Assembly (NCBI GenBank): GCA_049968235.1
Contig: JBMFRC010000001.1
Coordinates: forward strand, 224,001 to 288,000
Length of the DNA: 64,000 nucleotides
DNA from: Candidatus Hydrogenedens sp.
Lineage (GTDB): Bacteria > Hydrogenedentota > Hydrogenedentia > Hydrogenedentales > Hydrogenedentaceae
Direction of reading: 5' to 3'
The position numbers and the translations under genes are program-made. Position 1 is the stretch's first letter, and every line of letters starts with the position of its first letter. This document shows positions 20,668 through 30,098 of the stretch, piece by piece. The notes below the pieces were generated by a model. The model made no database searches. It was not told the origin of the DNA and worked only from the letters and a program-made list of their open reading frames with translations.

Positions 20668-22575
20668 ATGCGTAAGGTAGAAAAAAACTGGAAAAGTATC
20701 AAAATACCTGAACAAATAAAGAACATTTTATTGAAATCTAAAAAAGTCTCCATTGCAACAACTATCAATGAATTAATTGAAATAGCCTGTGGCTCCTCAG
20801 AACCTGACGCCCAATTTAAGGTTGAATATGATGTGCCGGGAATGGGTAAATATCATGAAGTTACAGTAAATCGGGTTCGGAATGGTGTCTGTGTCAATTA
20901 CACGGAACCGTATATGAGAAGAAGGGACCCCGATTGCACATTTATAGGAGATAAATATCCAACAGATAAACCTTACTTTGAAGATGTATTTGGCTATCCT
21001 TTTGAAAAACTTGCTAAAGAGACTTTCGTCTGGCTACAAAATCAGGAATTAATAATGTTTGGTTTTATGGCAGGTGGAGATGCATTAGGGAAACATGCTC
21101 TTGCAATTGCCCCTGCTAATGCTGGTTTCTTTGCTTTAGGTCTGGCACTACTGCAAGGAATTGTATCGTGGGATGTGTTAACTACTAAATTTGACCCGAA
21201 ATTAATTATGTATGTCGCACCTGTGTTCCGTCATACTCATTTTAATAAAAAACAGGTTGTCGTGCATCGCCGGGGGAAAGAATATTACGAAATTTTTTCC
21301 TATAACCTGTATCCGGGTCCCAGTGCAAAGAAAGGAGTTTATGGGTATCTACTTCATTTAGGAGAACAGGAAGGCTGGTTGACAACACATAGTTCCACGG
21401 TTCAGGTAATTACCCCCTATGATAATGTGGTAACAATTTTGCATGAAGGTGCCAGTGGCGGTGGAAAAAGTGAAATGCTTGAATCAATTCATCGTGAAGA
21501 AGATGGACGTATTTTAATAGGCACAAATATCCAAACAGAAGAGCAGATTTTATTAGAATTGCCTCGTGCCTGTGCTTTGAGACCCGTTAGCGATGATATG
21601 GCACTTTGCCACCCCTCTCTCCAGCGAGGAGATGGCAAAATTACGGTAACTGATGCAGAAAAGGGTTGGTTTATTCGTGTAAACCATATAGGTAGATATG
21701 GAATGGACCTCACCTTTGAAGCACTTACCGCGCAACCCCCAGAACCTTTGTTATTCCTGAATATTAATGCGGTCCCGAATTCTCGTGCTATGATATGGGA
21801 ACATACAGAAGATGAACCCGGCATACCCTGTCCCAACCCCCGAGTAATCGTCCCTCGTCGTATTATGCCAAATGTGGTTAATAAACCTGTTCCTGTTGAT
21901 ATTCGTAGTTTTGGTGTACGAACACCTCCATGCACAAAAGAAAAACCTACTTATGGCATTATTGGAATGTTTCACCTTTTGCCATCTGCATTAGGCTGGT
22001 TATGGCGTTTAGTAGCACCACGTGGACACGATAATCCATCCATTATCAAGACAGAAGGAATGACTTCCGAAGGTGTTGGCTCCTACTGGCCCTTTGCTAC
22101 AGGAAAGTATGTAAACCATGCCAATCTACTCCTTGAACAGATATTAGCCAGTCCTCGTGTTTATCATATCCTTTGCCCTAACCAACATATAGGAGCATGG
22201 AAAGTGGGATTTGCACCCCAATGGTTAGCACGCGAATATCTCGCACGAAGAGGTATTGCCCGTTTAAAACCCAGTCAATTGGTCACTTCTCGCTGTCCCT
22301 TATTAGGACATACATTAAAAATGGTAAGAATTGAAGGAGAAGTTTTACCAAACTTTTTGTTTGAAACTTACCTCCAGCCGGAAGTAGGTGAAGAGGCTTA
22401 TGACGAAGGTGCCGAAATTCTTTACAACTTTTTTCATAAGGAATTAAAGAAATATCTTATTCCAGATTTACACCCATTAGGGAAGACAATTATCGAATGC
22501 TTTTTGGATCGCGGTTTCCTTAACGATTATATGACACTTTTGCCGACACCCTATATTGATACATCCCAGGATTAA
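20668..22575 (+). CDS. Conserved hypothetical protein with Walker-A-like loop (resembles DUF4914 family)
   Basis: 635 aa. HEGASGGGKSEM, a P-loop of HprK/PEPCK-like style, lies mid-protein. The DUF4914 assignment is from memory and not certain. Confidence 0.45.
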   Translation: MRKVEKNWKSIKIPEQIKNILLKSKKVSIATTINELIEIACGSSEPDAQFKVEYDVPGMGKYHEVTVNRVRNGVCVNYTEPYMRRRDPDCTFIGDKYPTDKPYFEDVFGYPFEKLAKETFVWLQNQELIMFGFMAGGDALGKHALAIAPANAGFFALGLALLQGIVSWDVLTTKFDPKLIMYVAPVFRHTHFNKKQVVVHRRGKEYYEIFSYNLYPGPSAKKGVYGYLLHLGEQEGWLTTHSSTVQVITPYDNVVTILHEGASGGGKSEMLESIHREEDGRILIGTNIQTEEQILLELPRACALRPVSDDMALCHPSLQRGDGKITVTDAEKGWFIRVNHIGRYGMDLTFEALTAQPPEPLLFLNINAVPNSRAMIWEHTEDEPGIPCPNPRVIVPRRIMPNVVNKPVPVDIRSFGVRTPPCTKEKPTYGIIGMFHLLPSALGWLWRLVAPRGHDNPSIIKTEGMTSEGVGSYWPFATGKYVNHANLLLEQILASPRVYHILCPNQHIGAWKVGFAPQWLAREYLARRGIARLKPSQLVTSRCPLLGHTLKMVRIEGEVLPNFLFETYLQPEVGEEAYDEGAEILYNFFHKELKKYLIPDLHPLGKTIIECFLDRGFLNDYMTLLPTPYIDTSQD

Positions 22576-23266
22576 AATCTTTCAAACATAAATAACACTT
22601 CTAAAAAGCAATACTATCTGTAATTTGTAGCAGAAGTTAGATCTGAATGTACGAAAAGAAGGATAGTATAAACAAAGCAAATACATTCATCTATTTATAT
22701 ATGTGTTGGAATTCATATAATTTGTGAGTAAAAAATCTTGCATGCAAAAAAACATCAATAGTGAAAAAATATAATTTATTCACAAGACACGAAGTTCGTA
22801 TAATACTCACAAAGATTATTTATAACAAGTGAAAAAATTTTATATTTTTATATACTACACATTTCTAATTGCTCTATGGGTTATTTTAATTTGTCTCTCC
22901 CTGGAAGTTGGGACACATATATGCCTAAAATTAGCAAATTATGTATATAAACCTTATTTCGATATGCAAAATCGAAAAGTCTATCGAATGATAGACCCTC
23001 GAAGAGCAAAAGAAACAATTTTCCTCAAAAGTTAATATATCACCAAAAAATGAACTTATAATCCCTGAAATAATAAATAATGCATACACACAAACGGGCA
23101 ATTTTTCTTATTCATGTAAAAAAGAATATGAGTTAGCTTTAGATGGAATAATGGAAGCCCAATTTGATAAAAATGGGAATCTAATTGAATCCTGTGGTGA
23201 ACCTCTGATTGAAAGGGCTGTTATTGACCTGCTTCAAGGCACTCCCTTCGGTTATTATGACCCTGA

Positions 23267-23680
23267 TTGGGGTGTATTAAAAGAAAAATTAAAACATCCA
23301 CCCGAAGAACCTTTTTCCATGCGATTAAATATATGATGATTTACAATCTGCAATATAATATAGACATTAGACCTAACAATGATGGTTTTACTCTTCTTGC
23401 AAGATTAATAAAAGACGATTTCCCATACTCATTAAATCATCCTTCAACTCCCATAACGGACGAAACACAATGGCTTGTTCATTGGTATGCATACAAACCT
23501 AACTTCAAAGCACACCCGACAGCACCTTCCACAAACAATTTCGGTTTAAACCATTTCTGCGATGTATGTCATACCACTCGTCTGGGGATTGAAGAAAAAT
23601 CCAATATAATTGCCCAATATATCGCTCAATGGCTCGAAAGGAAAAACATTTTCCCCAAAAAATACATGGGAAATAATTAA
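23267..23680 (+). CDS. Hypothetical protein (low confidence ORF in AT-rich island)
   Basis: An open frame only, with no recognisable motifs. Confidence 0.2.
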   Translation: MGCIKRKIKTSTRRTFFHAIKYMMIYNLQYNIDIRPNNDGFTLLARLIKDDFPYSLNHPSTPITDETQWLVHWYAYKPNFKAHPTAPSTNNFGLNHFCDVCHTTRLGIEEKSNIIAQYIAQWLERKNIFPKKYMGNN

Positions 23681-23710
23681 CATTCAATACCTTGCCTCTT
23701 ACAACCCTTA

Positions 23711-25533
23711 TCAAGGTTTTATCATCGCAATACCTACCAGCGGTAATTCTGCAATATGGAATGTAAGGTATGTATTAGTATCGCTTAATTTTGTTATTTC
23801 ATAATTCACAATGTCCTGTTCCTTCTCAGGTGTGGATAGTAATACCTTACCGATAGAAGGATTAGAAACTTGAACAGAAATAGAAATATCTTGTGCAGGT
23901 ATTACCTTATCTTCATAGGAGGAAATGCGTTCAATATTTAAATTATAAAGTAGAACGAAAATAGCATCTGGTGATTCGCGTACTACACCCCGTACCACTC
24001 CATTCCCCGTTATTTTTAAAAATGGGAGAGGAAGATGTAAATATAATTCCTTTAGAAAGGAAGATTGACCTGCATCTATAAATACCTTATTACTGCTCTT
24101 ACACAGTTCAGATATTGATATGGAACACGAGGGTGGAATATATCCCGGTTCAGAGGCAAGTATGATATTTGCTTCCGAAAAATATTTTTCAAAATTACTT
24201 TCCGAGGCAACTATATAAAGAACATTCAATTGAGTTAGTCGTTTTGCTATATTTAATTCCTTGCAATCTTCATGTTTAATCCATTCTTCAAAGGGAAAAT
24301 ACAACAACACATCATATCTCTGTTTTGAAGTAATTATTGGGGGAGCATTCTTTTTAAGCCACTGCACAAAGGGGCGAATTACCTGAATCATTTTTCCGCG
24401 TTGAGATTCTTCCCTTGTAGGCCAGAGCATATAATTTGTATTTCGAGTAAAGCATTCGAATATCGCCAGATTTGTAAGATGGGGTGGAGTATGATAATCC
24501 CCATTCGCTATAGTTACAGATACTAACGGTTTCGGTCCGAAAATAGAATGTACCAAATCGTATACAAAACTACACTCTATCGTTTTTCCCCGTGAAGTGC
24601 AACGCGGAGTTGACCCCATATCCTCAATAACAACAAAATCCTGAGATTTGCTCATTTTTTATATATTATATGCATATCTATGACATTGAGAAAATATCAC
24701 TTCGGGAGTATTAAGACTATTATTTGCAGTAATCAGGGCTTTGGGATTTATCTCCCGTGCATAATTCTTTATCTCTAAGAGAAAATCACGAGCAATGGTG
24801 CAACGAAACTTTTTGAATTCAATAGGTTTCTTTTGTGCTAATTCTCTCAAGGCATGTAACGAGGTGTCTTCAACCTTTTCCCCTTCGGATTCAAGAAACT
24901 GTAAAAACTTCTGCATGCAATAAGGGCAATAACATCCTTGTTGATGAACCGTCGGATTATCAAAAAAATACCATCTAATCCAATTTCTAATGAGGTCTTT
25001 ACGAGATATTTTTCATATTTTCGCCAATCCGGATGGTTCATACACGCGGGGTGATACTCTCCTCCATACCAGGAACGAAGGGGTGCACCTTTCACATCTT
25101 GTTGAAGCCATTTTTCCGGTGGGCTCGAGAATTGTTGTTTAAATTCAGGTTGTCAATACCGGTCAAAGGTCTCTAAACCGACAATAGAAGTAGAACATAA
25201 ATAACCCAGGAGTATAGGAATGCCTAAAGATTTTGTATGCTGAACATATTCATGGACATCCCGTTTAGTGTTCTCCCATTGTTCAGCGGGAGGAATACCC
25301 ATATATCCACAGACTCCTAAACCTGTAGCATAGATAACCGATACCCCGCATTGATATGCAGGTTCCGCTTGCTTATCAAACTTATCCAGATGGTCAAACG
25401 CATGCAAAGCGAAAAAATCGCATGCTTCATCGGAGAAACAAGAACCATATGCTCCAAATATAAACAATATTATCAATAATCTAAGAGAATGAATATGGTC
25501 CATTTTATAAATCTTTTTAGTAAAAACCATCAT
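23711..25533 (-). pseudogene. Disrupted gene for a secreted protein (four consecutive ORFs 126+82+85+314 aa separated by stops/frameshift)
   Basis: The 25153..25533 ORF opens with a signal peptide (…LRLLIILFIFGAYGSCFSDEA). The ORFs 24847..25095, 24659..24916 and 23711..24655 follow head-to-tail on the same strand. The last two are in the same frame, separated only by a TAA. The first pair differ by a frame shift. Confidence 0.35.
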
Positions 25534-25647
25534 TTTTATTTTATAAAGATACTAACCTGTTTGATAATATCACATAACATTATAATAATGGTTTCCCCTC
25601 CTTTACATCATTTGAAAACGCATAAATCATAATAAATGAAGAACCAT

Positions 25648-26583
25648 TTATAAACCGGCTCTTTTCTTAAAATCGAATAGTTGAGGAGCATGAAATTCTG
25701 AAGAAAATTCTTGAATCCTTTTATTTGCTAAATTTACATAACTTTCGTTTATGTCATATCCGACATAATGTCGGGCAGTTCTTATTGCTGCAATTGCTGT
25801 CTGTCCACTTCCAATAAACGGGTCTAAAATAACTTCCCCTTCAAAGGTATAAAGTTGAATTAATCTGTAAGGTAGTTCTATAGGGAAAGGAGCGGGATGC
25901 CCCACCTTCGTTGCTTGTTCAGCAGAGAAAGACCAAACACTTTTTGTAAACTCGAGGAATTCTTCTTTTGAAATAGTATCTTTCCTATTTAGATTTCCTC
26001 TGCTGAATGTACCTTTGGAAAAAACCAGGATATACTCATGAATATCTCTAAGTGTCGGATTTTTTGCTGAAAGCCAACTTCCCCATGCAGTTGAAGGGCT
26101 ACCACTGGAATTTTTATTCCAAATAATTTCACCCCGCATTAAAAATCCCAAATCAAGCATATCTTCAATGATAAAAGTGTGTAATGGGATATATGGCTTT
26201 CTCCCAAGATTGGCAATATTAATACATACTCTACCTCCAGGAACCAATACCCTTTTAACTTCTTGCCATACCCTTTTTAAGAATTGTCTATATTCCCTTA
26301 AGGTAAGATTTTTGTCATATTCTTTACCAACATTATAGGGAGGAGAAGTAACCATCAAATGGATACTATTTTCTGGTAACTCCTCCATGTTTTCACTTGA
26401 TTTACAAAATATTTTATCTATAACTTCAATGGGAACGGAATTCTCAATATATTCAGATTTTTTTTCTTTAGGCAGTCCTTCATACAATTTACTTGCATAA
26501 AACGAAGTAGCATCATGATTTATTCTTCCGGGCGAACCGAAAGCACTTGTTTTTGTGCCATTTTTCCTTCGGTTAATTTCCAT
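25648..26583 (-). CDS. DNA methyltransferase, N4/N6 family, beta-class (SPPY motif, likely N4-cytosine or N6-adenine)
   Basis: Catalytic motif IV LMVTSPPYNV precedes the SAM motif I ILDPFIGSGQTAIAA, which is the beta-class order. Confidence 0.8.
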   Translation of the reverse strand: MEINRRKNGTKTSAFGSPGRINHDATSFYASKLYEGLPKEKKSEYIENSVPIEVIDKIFCKSSENMEELPENSIHLMVTSPPYNVGKEYDKNLTLREYRQFLKRVWQEVKRVLVPGGRVCINIANLGRKPYIPLHTFIIEDMLDLGFLMRGEIIWNKNSSGSPSTAWGSWLSAKNPTLRDIHEYILVFSKGTFSRGNLNRKDTISKEEFLEFTKSVWSFSAEQATKVGHPAPFPIELPYRLIQLYTFEGEVILDPFIGSGQTAIAAIRTARHYVGYDINESYVNLANKRIQEFSSEFHAPQLFDFKKRAGL

Positions 26584-26787
26584 CTATTCCTCCTTCCACA
26601 TGTCAATCCACCTTTTATATGAATTATACTTTATCGCTATCTTTTGCCAATGTATTTCAATCTTTTTGGTTTGTTTATGGTAAAGTAATTTTGACAGTGC
26701 CTCTTTAGAAAGTTCAACCCCTCTTGGATTAGTTCCAGGTTTCGGAAGTTTAATATAATTTTTTCTCCCCATTTCATCAAAAATCAT
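26584..26787 (-). CDS. Small ORF translationally coupled to the methyltransferase (possible 3' part of a split restriction enzyme or controller)
   Basis: Its TAG stop abuts the MTase ATG (…TAGATG…). The 67-aa product is basic. Confidence 0.3.
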   Translation of the reverse strand: MIFDEMGRKNYIKLPKPGTNPRGVELSKEALSKLLYHKQTKKIEIHWQKIAIKYNSYKRWIDMWKEE

Positions 26788-26798
26788 TCTTTGAACAC

Positions 26799-27215
26799 TT
26801 AATGGAATATAGTAAAACCACCTTCAGCATTCCAATTAATTTGAACAAGTAGCATATCGCAGTAAGGATAATATTTGTTAAGGAATTCTTTTGCTTTCTC
26901 AGAATCAACTGTCCATACAAGTTTAACTCCTCCTAAATTCTTTCCTGTAATCGTTTTCATAGATATCGGCTCACCAAACAATTTGACATCTACTTCTGGC
27001 TCAGTAACAGGAATTTCAGTCTCTACATTATTCTCCCCAAATTTATAAATAAGTAAAGCCACTATTATTTTTTCTCTAACCGAGCCAACCTCCATCCCAA
27101 TTTTACCCGCTCTTGAACTTTCCATATCTGCAATTTGAAATAAGTGAGGTAATCTTTTCTTTATCTTTTCTACAAGTATTTTATCTTCAAAAAGTTTTAA
27201 TAATTGTTCTGACAT
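26799..27215 (-). CDS. Hypothetical protein, candidate restriction endonuclease (N-terminal part?)
   Basis: 138 aa, directly upstream and co-directional with the MTase. It contains an E…D-x-K-like stretch (TEPEVDVKLFGEPISMK). It is in a different frame from the following 67-aa ORF, separated by an 11-nt gap. Confidence 0.3.
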   Translation of the reverse strand: MSEQLLKLFEDKILVEKIKKRLPHLFQIADMESSRAGKIGMEVGSVREKIIVALLIYKFGENNVETEIPVTEPEVDVKLFGEPISMKTITGKNLGGVKLVWTVDSEKAKEFLNKYYPYCDMLLVQINWNAEGGFTIFH

Positions 27216-27584
27216 ATCATGCCTTTGAATATTTAATATAAATAAAAAGATTTATCAAATCCGCCTTAATAAAATCATAATTGAATATTAGTTAAAATTT
27301 AATTCTTTCAACTATAACTATAATACGACTTTATTTTATCTTTATTATATTATAAATATAAGATTTTTTTGTCTAATTTTACATATCTATATCTTTACTG
27401 TATTTGTATAATTCCATTTTCCTATCTATCCCTTAATTTACTTTGAAATACAAAAATGACGATGTTTATTAATTCGTTTTTATTTTTCTGTCCGTTTGGG
27501 AATTAATTATTTATATCTTTTCTTTGACTGGTTGCAATCTATGACCCGGCGGATTGGGTATAATTTTGAAGGTATTGTGCCTTT

Positions 27585-29042
27585 TTAGCCTTTTTCTATA
27601 CGATGGATTTCTTCTAACTGTTTTTGTATCTTCATCTCCGCTTTTTGTGTTTCTATAATAGGGTCGCAGATAGAATGCAGGTAATCATTAAGTTCGTGGA
27701 CAACAGATGGGGCATTAACCTTACTGTCTTTTATCAAATTGTTAAGTTCTTCCGTGTCCTCATCTAAATTGAACAATTGATGAGGTGCATCCGAGTTCCA
27801 GATAAATTTCCATCCACCTTTACGAACCATAAAACTACTACCGCGTGTCCCATGCCCATGATATTCTGCAAATACGAAACGGTCTGGATTCTCTTCCTGT
27901 AATTTTTGTAAAGCGGTTCCTTTCCAATTTTTTGGTCGTTGCCGTTTCGTAGCATGGAAGAACTCCGCCTGTGCATCCAAAGTGGTTATTGGTGTTCGGA
28001 TGCGTCGTCCCTTTTCAAATCCGGGTCCACAGGCAAGCAATGGTACGCGGGCAGAGTCTTCAAACATGGAGCATTTCCACCACATACCAAATTTGCCTAA
28101 CATCTCTCCATGGTCAGATGTGTATATAAATATCGTATTCTTATTTAGTCCTGTTTGTTCCAGTGTGTCTAAAATCTTTCCTATCATCGTATCTACAAAA
28201 CTGACACAGCCATAATATCCCTGTCTCAATCTTTTTACATCTTCTCCCTGAATTTGGTCTGTTTCGAAATGATTTCGCAAATCAACCGCATAGGGATGTT
28301 GTGCGGAAGGCTGGTCTGGTCCATACTGTGGAATATCGCCCTTCCCCTCATACATTCCCCAGAAGTTCGGCTCCGTAAAATGAGGGAAATGTGGTGCAAC
28401 AACATTGACCCATAGAACAAATGGTTTATCTAATTGTGTTCCTTTCGTTTTAAGCCAATCTACCGCAGTATCGACCATTAACTGGTCATGACGATGTGCT
28501 TTCTCTCGTGGTCCCCAACCTTTGGCTCGTTCCTGCCCAGTCCCTTTGCGGATACATAACGGTTTTCGCTGAATAAAAGTATCCCCGGGGGTTCCACGAT
28601 TCCAACCATAATAAACCTCATTAAATCCCATTTCTTCTATCTTTCGATACACATCTGCCTTGCCAATATATACCGTATGCACTCCTTGTTCCGCCAGAAT
28701 AGAACCATAATTAGGGAAATTATCCAGAAATAATGTGCAATTGCTATAACACTGCGTTTCATGATTGTATAATCCACTTATCACTGAACTTCGACTTGGG
28801 AGACATAATGGCGATGGGCAATATACATTCTCAAAAACAACACCATTTTTTGCTATTCGTTCCATATTCGGAGTTTGCACAAAAGGATGTCCATATACCG
28901 ATGTATATCGTGGATTATGTTCATCTGACATCAGCATAACCACATTATATTCCTTATGCTCCGTCTCGCAGAACGGAACTTTTGACAATAACAAACTTGT
29001 CGCAATTGTTCCCTGTAAAAATTCCCTTCGATTCATTGACAT
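27585..29042 (-). CDS. Tat-exported sulfatase (Cys-type, formylglycine-dependent)
   Basis: Twin-arginine signal MSMNRREFLQGTIATSLLL. Sulfatase signature C-L-P-S-R-S (SPLCLPSRSSVISG). Metal-binding region TSDHGEMLG. Confidence 0.85.
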   Translation of the reverse strand: MSMNRREFLQGTIATSLLLSKVPFCETEHKEYNVVMLMSDEHNPRYTSVYGHPFVQTPNMERIAKNGVVFENVYCPSPLCLPSRSSVISGLYNHETQCYSNCTLFLDNFPNYGSILAEQGVHTVYIGKADVYRKIEEMGFNEVYYGWNRGTPGDTFIQRKPLCIRKGTGQERAKGWGPREKAHRHDQLMVDTAVDWLKTKGTQLDKPFVLWVNVVAPHFPHFTEPNFWGMYEGKGDIPQYGPDQPSAQHPYAVDLRNHFETDQIQGEDVKRLRQGYYGCVSFVDTMIGKILDTLEQTGLNKNTIFIYTSDHGEMLGKFGMWWKCSMFEDSARVPLLACGPGFEKGRRIRTPITTLDAQAEFFHATKRQRPKNWKGTALQKLQEENPDRFVFAEYHGHGTRGSSFMVRKGGWKFIWNSDAPHQLFNLDEDTEELNNLIKDSKVNAPSVVHELNDYLHSICDPIIETQKAEMKIQKQLEEIHRIEKG

Positions 29043-29139
29043 AACGGATTCCTTTCAATAGGACAACTCACAATTACTATTTTTGCAACCATTTTGCTAT
29101 TATAATAAAAGCATCTAAAAAAGAAAAGCGAGTACTCCC

Positions 29140-29532
29140 ATGCTTTGCCCAAATTGTAAAAAACAAATACTTCTTATCATGGAATACAATCAGATTGAAC
29201 TGGATTTTTGTCCGGAATGTTTAGGTGTCTGGCTCGATGCAGAAGAATTGCAATGGATATTAGGTGCCAATTTTGACGAACAAAGTTTATTCACAACATC
29301 TACAATTAACGAAGTAAAGAAAAAATGTCCCCGTTGCAGAAGCAATATGCATAAAGTTTTCCTTCCCGAAAATAATCAGGTCATTTACGATACCTGCCCC
29401 AATCAACATGGTTTCTGGTTTGACCGTGGCGAATTAGAAATACTCATTCATAGCCTTTCCGAATTTCCCGGTACACATTCCTTTCTTCAATGGCTCACTG
29501 AAGTTTTTGCCTACTCCAAAAAGGAAAAATAA
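29140..29532 (+). CDS. Double zinc-ribbon protein (zf-TFIIB/YfgJ-like)
   Basis: Two repeats of CPxC…(17 aa)…CPxC…W(L/F)D…EL (MLCPNCKK…CPECLGVWLDAEEL and CPRCRS…CPNQHGFWFDRGEL). Confidence 0.6.
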   Translation: MLCPNCKKQILLIMEYNQIELDFCPECLGVWLDAEELQWILGANFDEQSLFTTSTINEVKKKCPRCRSNMHKVFLPENNQVIYDTCPNQHGFWFDRGELEILIHSLSEFPGTHSFLQWLTEVFAYSKKEK

Positions 29533-29789
29533 TCTGATTCCTTTGAGTAAAACAACAAAAGAAATCTTCTTGTAAAATTAAAATAACTGCCTCTTCCCTA
29601 TCTCCATCATTTTAATTCTAATCCTATTCATCCTGTTACTTATTTTTATCCATCTTAACGAAGTTTTGCACACTGAATATCAAGATAAAATTTGTGTATA
29701 AAGAAAACCCGTTTTACACATTGTTTTTTAATAAAAATAAGAAACGATTTGCATGGAAAACTATAGATTTTTTGTAACTTTTCCCCTAT

Positions 29790-29866
29790 TTATCCACAGA
29801 TTATCCACAGGTTTTCAAAAGCATTATCCACGATATTCTGAACAATTTTTCCACATTTTATTCACC
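29790..29866 (+). promoter_or_regulatory. Cluster of 4-5 same-orientation DnaA boxes
   Basis: TTATCCACA at 29790-29798 and 29801-29809 (both perfect). TTATCCACg at 29824-29832. TTtTCCACA at 29847-29855. Weak TTATtCACc at 29858-29866. Confidence 0.55.
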
Positions 29867-29871
29867 TAATA

Positions 29872-29887
29872 TTACTATATATTGTAT
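29872..29887 (+). promoter_or_regulatory. Possible NrdR box
   Basis: ttaCtAtATaTtGtat matches the acaCwAtATaTwGtgt palindrome core at 12/12. It lies between the DnaA boxes and the -35 element. Confidence 0.3.
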
Positions 29888-29906
29888 ATTGGGAATAAAA
29901 TTCTAC

Positions 29907-29935
29907 TTGACATTGTGTCCTGTTTGTTATAAAAT
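29907..29935 (+). promoter_or_regulatory. Sigma-70-type promoter for nrdD (TTGACA-17-TAAAAT)
   Basis: cTTGACAttgtgtcctgtttgttaTAAAATag. Perfect -35 hexamer, 17-nt spacer, 5/6 -10 hexamer. About 165 nt upstream of the nrdD ATG. Confidence 0.5.
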
Positions 29936-30098
29936 AGTTTTATCTTTTTTGTTTTCTATGAAAATTTAATCAAACAGTAGTTAGCCCTCCTAAATCTTAC
30001 CCGAAGGCAAAAAATAACCTTATTTTTTGGGGATATTAGATTTGGGTGATAAAATTAAAGTTTAAATGAATAAAAGTTTAATTTAGGGAGCGTAGGCT

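Noticed and set aside
22829-23336. Small ORFs (68 aa, 61 aa) in AT-rich spacer
   Set aside because: AT-rich DNA generates open frames by chance. There are no Shine-Dalgarno sequences or motifs, so I did not call genes.
26584-26787. 67-aa ORF as a C-protein (R-M controller)
   Set aside because: No helix-turn-helix pattern is evident. It is more likely the tail of a split endonuclease. Kept only as a low-confidence CDS.
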